DNA from: Macrostomum lignano
Lineage: Eukaryota
Assembly (NCBI GenBank): GCA_002269645.1
Contig: NIVC01004518.1
Coordinates: 1-43,488 of the forward strand
DNA length: 43,488 bases
Direction of reading: 5' to 3'
The translations under genes were made by a program, and so were the position numbers. The notes under the pieces are model-generated. The model saw only the letters and a list, made by a program, of their open reading frames with translations. It had not been told where the DNA came from and did not search any database. Of the stretch, positions 20,505 through 30,504 are shown piece by piece (position 1 is the first letter of the stretch; each line of letters starts with the position of its first letter).

Positions 20505-21205
20505 TCAGGATGCACTGAACACCTGCAGTCTCCTGTTGGAATCGTCAGCCACCACCAGCTGCTCGCGCGGACCTCCCGTCACCACCGCCAGACCCAGCGG
20601 CCTGCTGAATCTGCCGTCTCCGCTGACGCTCTCGCCCGGAGTCCCCAGAGTCCACAGCAGCGACCCGTCGTCTGCAGCCACCGCTCGCACTGAGTGACCC
20701 CGCCATTCACTCACGAACAGGCGGCCTCTGCTGTCGACGGCCACATCATATGGAAATTTAAACTGTTGGAGGTCGGAACGCTGAGTCGGGAAGGAGGCGA
20801 CCAGCTGCTGGGTGTCGATGCGCACTCTGTGCACCTGATTGTGCTTCCAGTCTGTCACCAGAATGCAGTTGTCGTGAGTCGCCAGGTTGCGCAGATCAGC
20901 ATGAGGAAGCTGAGACAGCGTGATGACCGTCTCCATCTGCCAAGTCGCTTTGCTGAATGCAGCAATTTTGTTTCCACTGGACACAAACACGAAGGCTACG
21001 TTGCTGCCGATTCCACCGATGTCACCGAAGGGCGGAATCGACGCACCGCACGACCGCTCAGGTCCGTCACTGTCACTGCGTCAGGCTGAGCAATGAACAA
21101 CAGCTGACGGTCGCAGTGAAGGCCTTCAATGTCCTTCTTCCAGTCGATGTCGCAGTGGCACCGCAGCTTCCGTGAGCCGTCCACAGACAGCACCAGTAGG
21201 TGGAT
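20505..21205 (-). CDS. NHL-repeat beta-propeller portion of a TRIM/brat-like protein (contains an apparent 1-nt frameshift at about 21030-21032)
   Basis: Classic NHL repeats (FKFPYDVAVDSRGRLFVSEWRGHSV; FSRPLGLAV...LVVADDSNRRLQVF). One extra C in the minus-strand CCC run joins AVRRFRP to FGDIGGIGSNVAFVFVS. Confidence 0.7.
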
Positions 21206-21238
21206 CTAGTTACTTTTTAAATTGAATGATGCAAGGAC

Positions 21239-22168
21239 GCAGGGCTGAGGCAGAGCCTCGCTGCCGTCTCGCGCTGAGTCGGAGAAAACCACACGGCCTG
21301 AGCGGTCACCAACGAATCCGTTGGTGTCGCTGCACACAGCCAGCCATTGAACTGGGCCATCCAGCTTCACCTCGTGACTGAAGACCATCGGATCGAACAG
21401 CAGTCTCTCTCTCTCAGCAGCGTCAATCTCCTCGGATGTCGCGGTCACCGCAGCCTCTCTCGACCAGTCGCCCTCTTCGCTGCGTCTTGCACAAATGCCG
21501 ACCAGCCGCTCGAGCTGGCCCAGAAGCCGCAGCTGCACCTCCTCATTGTCGCTCTGTTCTTTGAGCAGCCGCTCTGACCTCTCAAGGTCGGCCTCCAAGT
21601 CTCCAAGCGATTCGTGCATGGACTGGACCAGGCGAAGCAGCTCCGCCATGTCGCCTGCAGCCTTCGCCGTGGCCACCTCCTGCTTGTAGCTGGAGACGTC
21701 CTCGAGGTCCCGCTCGCACACACGCACTGCCTCAAGCACACCTGAGAGCTGGCCCGTCACCCTGCTACGAAACGAGTCGATGTGTTGCTGTACCAAATCG
21801 AATTTGTGATTGACCTCTTGCTGCTGCTGTTGGATGTCGAGAGCGAGACGACGCAGCGACTCAGCGTCTTGTCGGTGTCGCATCAGCACTGCACGGCTAG
21901 CTGCACCTGCTGCGCCCTGTGACTCTTGTGACTCTTGTGACTCTTGTGAGTCTTGTGAGTCTTGTGAGTAGGCACGCAGCAGCTCGTCGACCTCCTCCTT
22001 GAGCTTGAATAGATTGGCCACATCGACACTGAGGTGTTGACTGCACATGTGGCAGCGGGAGAACGGAGCCACACCGACTGCAGCTTGGTCGCAGATGATG
22101 CAGAGAGGAGTTGGGGTAGCGGGAGGCGCGTCCGAACTCGAGCTGTCGCTGGAGTCTTCAAGGCTCAT
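21239..22168 (-). CDS. N-terminal zinc-finger (B-box-like) and coiled-coil portion of the same NHL protein
   Basis: ATG at 22168 (MSLEDSS...). CIIC...RCHMCSQH is followed by a long heptad-rich helical region. The frame continues through a single TAG (21208-21206) that a 33-nt GT-AG intron (21238-21206) would remove. Confidence 0.65.
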
Positions 22169-22359
22169 TGTTAGATAGACTAGCAGCTGAAACACGGGTT
22201 AAGCAAAAAAGTTATTGATGACACATTAGACGAAGAGAAACTATGAGAAGTTGAGGATAAGAAGATAAGTAGGATAAGTAGTTAGCTTTGGGCACTGAAT
22301 GTCAAGTGTATTTTTAAATGCTTGTAGTCACACTACTTAGACGGTTCAGTAGTATAAAA

Positions 22360-23889
22360 CTAATCATTATCATCAGTGTCAGTATCGCGGGCTTGGGCAA
22401 ACGCCACAACCATGGGTTTATTGTGCAGCACACAGCCATGTAGAGCTTTCAATGCCGCAGTCGCTTCAATCGCGCTATCAAAGCTAACAAACGCTTGACA
22501 GCGCATCCGACCGGAAGTGAGCAGGCGAACTTTTAGAGCCGAATAGGGTTCGAATACTGACTCGAGATCCGATTGGACGACTGAACGGGCGAGATTCTTC
22601 AAGTAGAGCCTGTTGGCCGGCTTGCCTGGGCTGTAGTTGCGGAATGCAGCCAGCTGGGAGCGCTCCTGTTCACCTATGCGGCTCAGACAGGGAAGGGGGG
22701 CGGAACTCGGCGCGGATGACGGAACAGGAGCGGAAATTGGGGCGGATGACGGAGCAGGAGAGGAAATGGGGGCGGATGACGGAACAGGAGCGGAAATGGG
22801 GGCGGATGACGGAGCAGGAGCGGAAATGGGGGCGGATGACGGAACAGGAGCGGAAATGGGGGCGGATGACGGAGCAGGAGCGGAAATGGGGGCGGATGAC
22901 GGAGCGGATGGCACGAGCCGACCGAACCCAAAGCCAGTCTGTGGCACTTCCGGCGCTGGCAAAGCCACAGCCGCTTGGGCAGGTGCAACCGGAAGTGAAA
23001 TTCTGGCTGGCAGACGAAGTGCCGGCGGCCGCAGCTGAGGCGGCACCGACTGGGTGGCAGTCGTCGCACCTGCAGCGGTCACTGGAAGCAGAGCCAGAGC
23101 GGGCCGCGGCTTCGGCAACAGGTGCTTCCGGTTAAACTGAGCAACAGCAGAAACAGCAGCAACTCCTCGAGGCTTCTTGGCAGCTGAAGCAGCAAATGAC
23201 AATGATGAAGGGCACTCCTCTTCTTCTTCTTCAACTTGTTCAACAGGCTCAACATTTGCAGTTTCATCTGCGCCATCAGTGCATGCACTCTGCAGATGGC
23301 TGGCAACCAGCTGATCCTCTGCAGCCAAGTTGCCGCGCCGCAGCAAGCCGAGAACTTTCTTACGAAACCGGGCATCGTTGCGCAACAGCCACACAGCCTC
23401 GGAGGTGGCCGCTCGTTCGGCCTCTTCAGACGCCGTCCAGCCGCCGCCCCAGTCGAGACAAGCGGCTGCCGCTTGGCAACGGCGGGCAAATTCGACGCAA
23501 ACCCGACGGCCTGCCAGCAGCTCCTCCTCGTGGAGGCACTTCAACACCGCCTTGGCCTTCGCTGAATCGTTGAACGTGGCGTAGAAGCAGCCCGATAGGC
23601 GAGGATTCGGCGAGACGGCTACGGCGCCGAAACCGTCGACAAAGAGACGGCGAGCCTGGGACCAGGGCAGCTGGGCTGGCCAGCGCCGGATGTGCAGAAC
23701 TCGAGTGTCCGTTGCCGAGTCTGCTGATGCCTCATCATTGCGGATGCTGGAAGCTGCTTGCTGTTGCTGCTGATGATGTACAGGCGGGGGCTGATGAAGA
23801 GGAGGCTGCGGCGGCGGCGGCGGCGGCGGTGGCTGCGGAGGAGGCTGCCAAACCCAGCTGGGAGGAAGTTGACTGCTGTTAAAGCTTTG
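22360..23889 (-). CDS. RNPC3: U11/U12 snRNP 65-kDa protein (two RRMs); start codon on an unidentified upstream exon
   Basis: Open frame from a CTTCAG| acceptor at 23890, longer than the ORF-track call. RRM1 reads VLHIRRWPAQL...FYATFNDSAKAKAVLKCLHEEELLAGRRVCVEFAR. RRM2 reads FRNYSPGKPANRLYLKNLA...GRMRCQAFVSF...LHGCVLHNKPMVVAFA. The two-RRM layout favours RNPC3 over RBM41. Confidence 0.82.
   Translation of the reverse strand, partial: QSFNSSQLPPSWVWQPPPQPPPPPPPPQPPLHQPPPVHHQQQQQAASSIRNDEASADSATDTRVLHIRRWPAQLPWSQARRLFVDGFGAVAVSPNPRLSGCFYATFNDSAKAKAVLKCLHEEELLAGRRVCVEFARRCQAAAACLDWGGGWTASEEAERAATSEAVWLLRNDARFRKKVLGLLRRGNLAAEDQLVASHLQSACTDGADETANVEPVEQVEEEEEECPSSLSFAASAAKKPRGVAAVSAVAQFNRKHLLPKPRPALALLPVTAAGATTATQSVPPQLRPPALRLPARISLPVAPAQAAVALPAPEVPQTGFGFGRLVPSAPSSAPISAPAPSSAPISAPVPSSAPISAPAPSSAPISAPVPSSAPISSPAPSSAPISAPVPSSAPSSAPLPCLSRIGEQERSQLAAFRNYSPGKPANRLYLKNLARSVVQSDLESVFEPYSALKVRLLTSGRMRCQAFVSFDSAIEATAALKALHGCVLHNKPMVVAFAQARDTDTDDND
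22700..22904 (-). repeat. In-frame 30-bp coding VNTR in RNPC3 (PSSAPISAPA/V x ~7)
   Basis: GCGGAAATGGGGGCGGATGACGGA(A/G)CAGGA units keep the reading frame. Confidence 0.9.
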
Positions 23890-23957
23890 CTGAAGAGTTT
23901 GTAAATTAAGCTTTTAATTAACTATAATTATTTTTCAGGTGCTTCTTCTGATGTGCG

Positions 23958-24178
23958 GTGAAGGGATCAATGAAGGGATATAGGATTGAAATGAAGGGAT
24001 CAATGAAGGGATTTAGGATTGAAATGGAGGGATCAATGAAGGGATTTAGGATTGAAATGAAGGGATCAATGAAGGGATTTAGGATTGAAATGAAGGGATC
24101 AATGAATGGATTTAGGATTGAAATGAAGGGATCAATGAATGGATTTAGGATTGAAATGAAGTGATCAATGAAGGGATT
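23958..24178. repeat. 33-bp minisatellite (ATGAAGGGATCAATGAAGGGATTTAGGATTGAA)
   Basis: About 6.5 copies upstream of the RNPC3 acceptor. Confidence 0.9.
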
Positions 24179-24880
24179 TTTTTACTGCAATAAAAACAAA
24201 CACAAACAAAAGACAAAGATAATAAAATCAGTTCAATTGATTTTGTGACAATTTGAAACAAAATGAGCCCAAGAAAACACGAAGTCACTACACTGTGCGT
24301 GCATTCCGTAACGCGTTTATTTATACATCGCTATAACTAAGAGTCATTATTATGTGTATAGGAGTATACTAAGTTAATTTCTACTATCAATACTACAACA
24401 TCGTAAAGATATAAACTCTTTGAGATGTTCAAGCAAGTCTGGCTAACACAGAACTTTAGCCAATAAAAGTAAATTATTAATAGACACTTAGATAAGACAA
24501 TAATTGATGAATTGGTAACGGTCACGGGGTCAATAAGTCGGTAAAGGAGAAGCAAAATAGTCGATCGAAAAACAACGAGTAACGAAAATATGGTCCTAGT
24601 ACAACATGCCGAAAGAGAGCAAACATGCAAAGTGTAATTTTTTAAACGAGATCGACTGTTTATTTTCTATTTAAAAGTTTAATTTCATATTATAAATAAT
24701 AATTAGCAAAGCTTACGTATAGTTAGTTTATAGACCAAGCTGCTCAACACCCTCAGCTAAGTCAAGCATCTAGGCTCGCAGATCCGTATTGCCAGCCAGC
24801 ATAACCGTGTCAGTAATAATAAAGCAGCACAATAAATCAACTATAGAGTCAACAAGTTCAACCAATAATGCAATAAAAGT

Positions 24881-24970
24881 TCAGTGCAGGCGAGACAGCT
24901 CCTCAAGGATTCTGATTAAGTCTTCAACTGTGCATGGCACGCTGTCAGACACTGCACTGCTGAAGTCCGT
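24881..24970 (-). CDS. DDB1: DNA damage-binding protein 1, terminal exon (missed by the ORF track)
   Basis: TTTCAG|ACG acceptor. Translation TDFSSAVSDSVPCTVEDLIRILEELSRLH* matches the DDB1 end (DDLIKVVEELTRIH). Confidence 0.88.
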   Translation of the reverse strand, partial: TDFSSAVSDSVPCTVEDLIRILEELSRLH

Positions 24971-25159
24971 CTGAAATTAACCAATAAAATATATAATCAG
25001 TTGGAGGATCATGTTTAAATAATAGTGAGGGCTATGGGGCTTCTGTACGCAGGCACAGCACTCATACACACACTGGCACAGGGTGCACAGGGGCTCTTGC
25101 TTTCTAAAAAAGTACTGCTCCATCTATGTAGATAACTAAAGAAGATACACCGGGAGAGT

Positions 25160-25890
25160 GAGAATGAAATACACAGGGGGAGGGTGAGATACATGGGGGG
25201 AGAGTGAGATACAAATGGGAGAGTGAGATACACAGAGGGATAGAGTGAGATACACAGGGGGACAGAGTGAGATACACAGGAGGGAGAGTGAGATACACAG
25301 AAGGACAGAGTGAGATACACAGAGAGACAGAGTGAGATACACAGAGGGAGAGTGAGATACACAGGGGAGATACACAGAGGGACAGAGTGAGATACACAGG
25401 AGGAAGAGTGAGATACACAGGAGGAAGAGTGAGATACACAGGAGGGAGAGTGAGATACACAGGAGGGGTGTGAGATACACAGGAGGAAGAGAGAGATACA
25501 CAGAGGGGGAGTGAGATACACAAATGGGAGAGTGAGATACACCATGCTTGGGCGCAACCTAGGGATTCACCCGGCCGTTTCTATTGGCAACACACACACG
25601 TAAGTCGCTATTGGACAGAATAGTAGTCACGTGACTGCTCTCAGCCAATGGGGACTTACATGTGTGTGTTGCCAATAGAAACGGCCGAGTGATTCCCAAG
25701 GTTGCGCATGTATGAGATACACAGGGGAGAGTGAGATACATGGGGAGAGTGAGATACACAGGGGAGAGTGAGATACACGGGGAGAGTGAGATACACAGGG
25801 GAGAGTGAGATACACAGGGGAGAGTGAGATACACAGGGGAGAGTGAGATACACAGGGGAGAGTGAGATACACAGGGGAGAGTGAGATACA
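25160..25890. repeat. 19-21-bp minisatellite (GAGTGAGATACACAGGGGA) in the last DDB1 intron, interrupted by a foldback element
   Basis: Direct periodicity on both sides of 25543-25710. Confidence 0.92.
25552..25707. mobile_element. 156-bp near-palindromic foldback/MITE-like element
   Basis: GCGCAACCTAGGGATTCACCCGGCCGTTTCTATTGGCAACACACACACGTAAGTC is mirrored by GACTTACATGTGTGTGTTGCCAATAGAAACGGCCGAGTGATTCCCAAGGTTGCGC, with central AGTCACGTGACT. No clean TSD. Confidence 0.75.
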
Positions 25891-25919
25891 CAAGGGTAGA
25901 TAAAGCAGACACACCGCAC

Positions 25920-26285
25920 CTTTCTCGTGAGTCCCTGAGCGACAGTCTCGAGTTTGTCGCGTCCCAAATCGAGCGCAGCTTCCAACAGATCGCCATCAAT
26001 GAAATCCTTAGCCGGTTCGGTCCTGTGCTCAGTCTCAAACGATCGATATTTGGCGTGCTCAACTCCGCCAACTCCGACTATAAGACTGGCTAGCCGGCGT
26101 TGCAATTCGTTGAGAAACTCAAACAGAGGCGGCGGTAGCTGACAGATGAGACCAACTGCGCCGCTTTGAGTAGCAAATAGAATTGGAGTGCTCACAGTGA
26201 CCAGGCGTTCGCCTAATTGGCTCATTACTAATGAGCCGTGTTGGAAAGTGTTAACTGTGTCGCCTAGGTGGTACCAGGCGTTCTC
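25920..26285 (-). CDS. DDB1: DDB1 exon (end of BPC propeller and C-terminal helical domain)
   Basis: GCAG|GAG acceptor and AAG|GTGCGG donor. Translation ENAWYHLGDTVNTFQHGSLVM...ILFATQSGAVG...FIDGDLLE; 122 codons. Confidence 0.92.
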
Positions 26286-26549
26286 CTGCGCGTGTGACGG
26301 GGTGCATTGCTTCTAAGAGATGATAATTGATCGGTAGTGATCAGTTGTAAGAACTTTAGTGTTGCTTCAAAACAGCTACATAGCAGAGTAACACAAAGGA
26401 TAGGTGAGAGTGACACACAAATTGATAAGGGTAGTGTAAGCAGAAAAGCCAGCGAAACACGCAGATCTAAGAGAGTGACCCACGAAAATCTAAGAGACAT
26501 GCAGATCTAAGAAAGTGACCCATACATAAGAGACTGGTACACGTAAGTG

Positions 26550-27680
26550 AGTGACGCACACGGATCTAAGAGTGACACGCATAAGAGAGTGACACGCATA
26601 AGAGAGTGACACTCGCAGGTCTAAGGTAGTGACACACATAAGAGAGTGACACACAGAGTGACACACACGGATCTAAGAGTGACACGCATAAGAGAGTGAC
26701 GCACACGGATCTAAGAGTGACACGCATAAGAGAGTGATGCACACGGATCTGAGAGTGACACGCATAAGAGAGTGACACACACGGATCTGAGAGTGACACG
26801 CATAAGAGAGTGACGCACACGGATCTAAGAGTGACACGCATAAGAGAGTGACGCACACGGATCTAAGAGTGACACGCATAAGAGAGTGATGCACACGGAT
26901 CTGAGAGTGACACGCATAAGAGAGTGACGCACACGGATCTAAGAGTGACACGCATAAGAGAGTGACGCACACGGATCTGAGAGTGACATGCATAAGAGAG
27001 TGACACAGAGTGACGCACACGGATCTAAGAGTGACACGCATAAGAGAGTGATGCTCACGGATCTGAGAGTGACACGCATAAGAGAGTGACGCACACGGAT
27101 CTAAGAGTGACACGCATAAGAGAGTGACGCACACGGATCTGAGAGTGACATGCATAAGAGAGTGACACAGAGTGACGCACACGGATCTAAGAGTGACACG
27201 CATAAGAGAGTGATGCACACGGAACTAAGAGTGACACGCATAAGAGAGTGACGCACACGGATCTAAGAGTGACACGCATAAGAGAGTGACGCACACGGAT
27301 CTAAGAGTGACACGCATAAGAGAGTGACGCACACGGATCTGAGATTGACATGCATAAGAGAGTGACGCACACGGATCTAAGAGTGACACGCATAAGAGAG
27401 TGATGCTCACGGATCTGAGAGTGACACGCATAAGAGAGTGACACAGAGTGACGCACACGGATCTAAGAGTGACACGCATAAGAGAGTGATGCACACGGAT
27501 CTAAGAGTGACACGCATAAGAGAGTGATGCACACGGATCTGAGAGTGACACGCATAAGAGAGTGACGCACACGGATCTAAGAGTGACACGCATAAGAGAG
27601 TGATGCACACGGATCTGAGAGTGACACGCATAAGAGAGTGACGCACACGGATCTAAGAGTGACACACACAAGAGAGTGAC
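26550..27680. repeat. 38-bp minisatellite (GCACACGGATCTAAGAGTGACACGCATAAGAGAGTGAC) in a DDB1 intron
   Basis: About 30 variant copies. Confidence 0.93.
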
Positions 27681-27686
27681 ACAAAC

Positions 27687-28088
27687 CTGCAGCCTTGGCC
27701 TCTCCTCCCCGCCAGAATTCTCCGACTCTCTTGAGCACACAAACAGATTGCCGCAATTCTCTGCACCCAGAAACGCATCATCGTCGATAATTTCAATGGC
27801 GAACATCCAGTTAGGCGCGTGATCTCTGGCGATCTCTTCCAGACTGGTTTCAACCGGCTTGTACAGCAGCAAGGACATGCTGCGTAGCAGGTCGCCAACC
27901 AGAGCGAAGTCGCCTTTAGTTTTGAGGTACAAAGCGATGATGTTGTTAAAGTGGGAACATTCCAATCGGAGTTCCCGTTCGTTTTCGCTCCATTCGAATA
28001 GGCGGACGGAGCTGTTAACGCAGACCAGAAGGCGCTGGTTGAAGCAGCACATTGAGTAGGGCGCGCCTCGGATCTCCTTCTCAGCTAC
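27687..28088 (-). CDS. DDB1: DDB1 exon (BPC propeller)
   Basis: GCCAG|GTA acceptor and CAG|GTTTGT donor. Translation [13 protein letters not shown]...NSSVRLFEW...[26 protein letters not shown]...EEIARD..PNWM.A.EI.DDD.FLGAEN..NLFVC; 134 codons. Confidence 0.93.
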
Positions 28089-28159
28089 CTGGCAGGCGGG
28101 AAATTGGGGAGCTGCTAGTGAGCTACAGCTGGCAATGATGGGGAATCTTTGCTTCAGAA

Positions 28160-28580
28160 AGAAGATTCTCTCAAATGGGGAATCCCAGCTTGAGGGAGAT
28201 TCTATCAGATTAGGGAAATCCCAGCTTGGGGGAGATTCTATCAGATGAAGAAAATCCCAGCTTAGGGGAGATTCTATCAGATGGGAAAATCCCAGCTTGA
28301 GGGGGAGATTCTATCAGATGAGGGAAATCCCAGCTTGAGGGGGATTCTATCAGATGAGGGAAATCCCAGCTTGCGGGAGATTCTATCAGATGAGGGAAAT
28401 CCCAGCTTGTGGGAGATTCTATCAGATGAGGGAAATCCCAGCTTGTGGGAGATTCTATCAGATGAGGGAAATCCCAGCTTGTGGAAGATTCTATCAGATG
28501 AGGGAAGTCCCAGCTTGAGGGGGAGATTCTATCAGATGAGGGAAATCCCAGCTTGAAGGGGAGATTCTCTCAAATAGGGA
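28160..28580. repeat. 36-bp minisatellite (GGAGATTCTATCAGATGAGGGAAATCCCAGCTTGTG) in a DDB1 intron
   Basis: About 11 copies. Confidence 0.9.
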
Positions 28581-28639
28581 AATCTGGAAAAATACGCTCG
28601 TAGTACACAAAAAGTTTAGGTAAATAGCAGAATCATTAC

Positions 28640-29335
28640 CTTAGTAAGATAAGGACTATCCGCGGTATACTGCAGCATTAGCAACCTCCCAGCAGACGGT
28701 TCAGACTCATTAGGCCGTATATAGCAGGTGCCAACTACGAAATAGGTGGCGCAATCGGTGCCAAACTGGCCAGAGGTGATACTAGTGGCAGTCTCAACGC
28801 AGCTCGGATTCGATGGAAACTGCATCGAGCAGAGCGGTTGCAAAGAATTCTGTTCTAGCACTACTACAGAGGTCACTTCGAGTTCTTCATCAACTTCGGC
28901 TGATGAGGCTGCGGCGACGGCGGCAGCAGCGGCGGCGGAAGCTACGGTGGCAGCGGCGCCGACCATCCCGGATGCGTGCGCATGATGCCGCTTGCCGGCA
29001 GCTGTGGCGGCTCCATCCGGGGTGAGCTGGATCGGGGCAGTGACAGAGACAGAGGCTCTGGCCGGAGCGTAGCCGCCTTCGTGGCGCAGATCAACCCGGG
29101 AGGTCACCACGGCAAGGGTGCCGGACTCGGGTTGGTGAGCCACTTTTCTAGCGGATTCGCCTAGCGGTACAGTGCGAATGTGCAGCTTCTGCATGTCGTC
29201 TATGGTGCCGAATAGTAACTGGCTGTTGGTTACTAGGCAGATGCACTGTTGCGGCTGCTGGGCATCGATAGATGCTGCTGATAGTAGTATAGGGCACACG
29301 TAATTCACTTGGCGGGTGTTCACGTGGGAGATTAC
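28640..29335 (-). CDS. DDB1: DDB1 exon (BPB/BPC) with an Ala-rich loop insertion
   Basis: ACCAG|GTA acceptor and AAG|GTAATG donor. Translation VISHVNTRQVNYVCP...LLFGTIDDMQKLHIRTVPLGESARKVAHQ...TYFVVGT...ESEPSAGRLL; 232 codons. Confidence 0.92.
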
Positions 29336-29374
29336 CTGGTTGAAGGATTTGATCATTTCTGTTTTTTATGATAG

Positions 29375-30180
29375 GGATATACTCAGGTGAGTAATAGGGA
29401 TAGACTCAGGTGAGTGATTAGGATATACTCAGGTGAGTGATTAGGATATACTCAGGTGGGTGATAGGGATAGACTCGGGTGAGTGATAGGGATAGACTCA
29501 GGTGAGTGATAGGGATAGACTCGGGTGAGTGATAGGGATAGACTCAGGTGGGTGATAGGGATAGACTCAGGTGAGTGATAGGGATATACTCAGGTGGGTG
29601 ATAGGGATAGACTCAGGTGAGTGATAGGGATAGACTCAGGTGGGTGATAGGGATAGACTCAGGTGAGTGATAGGGATATACTCAGGTGGGTGATAGGGAT
29701 ATACTCAGGTGAGTGATAGGGATATACTCAGGTGGGTGATAGGGATATACTCAGGTGGGTGATAGGGATAGACTCAGGTGGGTGATAGGGATAGACTCAG
29801 GTGGGTGATAGGGATATACTCAGGTGGGTGATAGGGATAGACTCAGGTGGGTGATAGGGATATACTCAGGTGGGTGATAGGGATAGACTCAGGTGGGTGA
29901 TAGGGATATACTCAGGTGGGTGATAGGGATAGACTCAGGTGGGTGATAGGGATAGACTCAGGTGGGTGATAGGGATAGACTCAGGTGGGTGATAGGGATA
30001 GACTCGGGTGAGTGATAGGGATAGACTCAGGTGGGTGATAGGGATATACTCAGGTGAGTAATAGGGATATACTAGGTGATGAGTGGGGATACCCTCAAGT
30101 GATGGGTGAGAATATTTTCAGCTGAGAAGTGGAAACATTCACAGATGATGGGTGGGGATAGGGGATATACTCAGGTGATG
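29375..30180. repeat. 23-bp minisatellite (TGATAGGGATAGACTCAGGTGGG / ...GGTGAG) in a DDB1 intron
   Basis: About 30 copies, degenerate at both edges. Confidence 0.92.
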
Positions 30181-30206
30181 GGTGGGGATAAATAGTAAAA
30201 ACTCAC

Positions 30207-30437
30207 CAGCTTCCCCGAAACGCAATGAGCAATGGCTGGTCTGTCAGTGCAGACAAACAAACTCTGAGAAGGCAGCCAGCACAATCCCATAGGTTGAGTA
30301 CCAATAATCACGTGCTTCCTATTAACCAGAGCGGGCCCGGGTACAACGGTAAAGTACACCATTGTGCCGTCCCCGATGCCAACGAATAGATAAACACCGC
30401 AGGGCATTGTGGCCAGGACTATGGAGCGCGGAATGAT
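30207..30437 (-). CDS. DDB1: DDB1 exon (BPB)
   Basis: TTGCAG|ATC acceptor and CTG|GTGAGT donor. Translation IIPRSIVL...YLFVGIGDG...IGTQP...FVCTDRPAIAH..SGKL; 77 codons. Confidence 0.9.
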
Positions 30438-30504
30438 CTGCAACAGAGATTGGAGTGGAATGAATAGAGATAAATCTAATAGGTCAACATGACACACCTG
30501 CATA

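Noticed and set aside
22360-23547. RBM41 assignment, and the ORF-track start at 23547
   Set aside because: The frame stays open to 23889 and includes an N-terminal RRM matching RNPC3; the GTG at 23547 is internal to RRM1.
20694-23584. Antisense and alternative-frame ORFs over the NHL and RNPC3 genes
   Set aside because: Expected shadows of GC-rich coding sequence; no independent motifs.
23958-24164. MKGSMKGFRIE repeat ORF
   Set aside because: Translation of the 33-bp minisatellite, antisense to RNPC3.
25015-28556. Cys/Leu/Ser-rich ORFs ([24 protein letters not shown], etc.)
   Set aside because: Read-through of DDB1 intronic minisatellites; the true exons are delimited by homology and splice sites.
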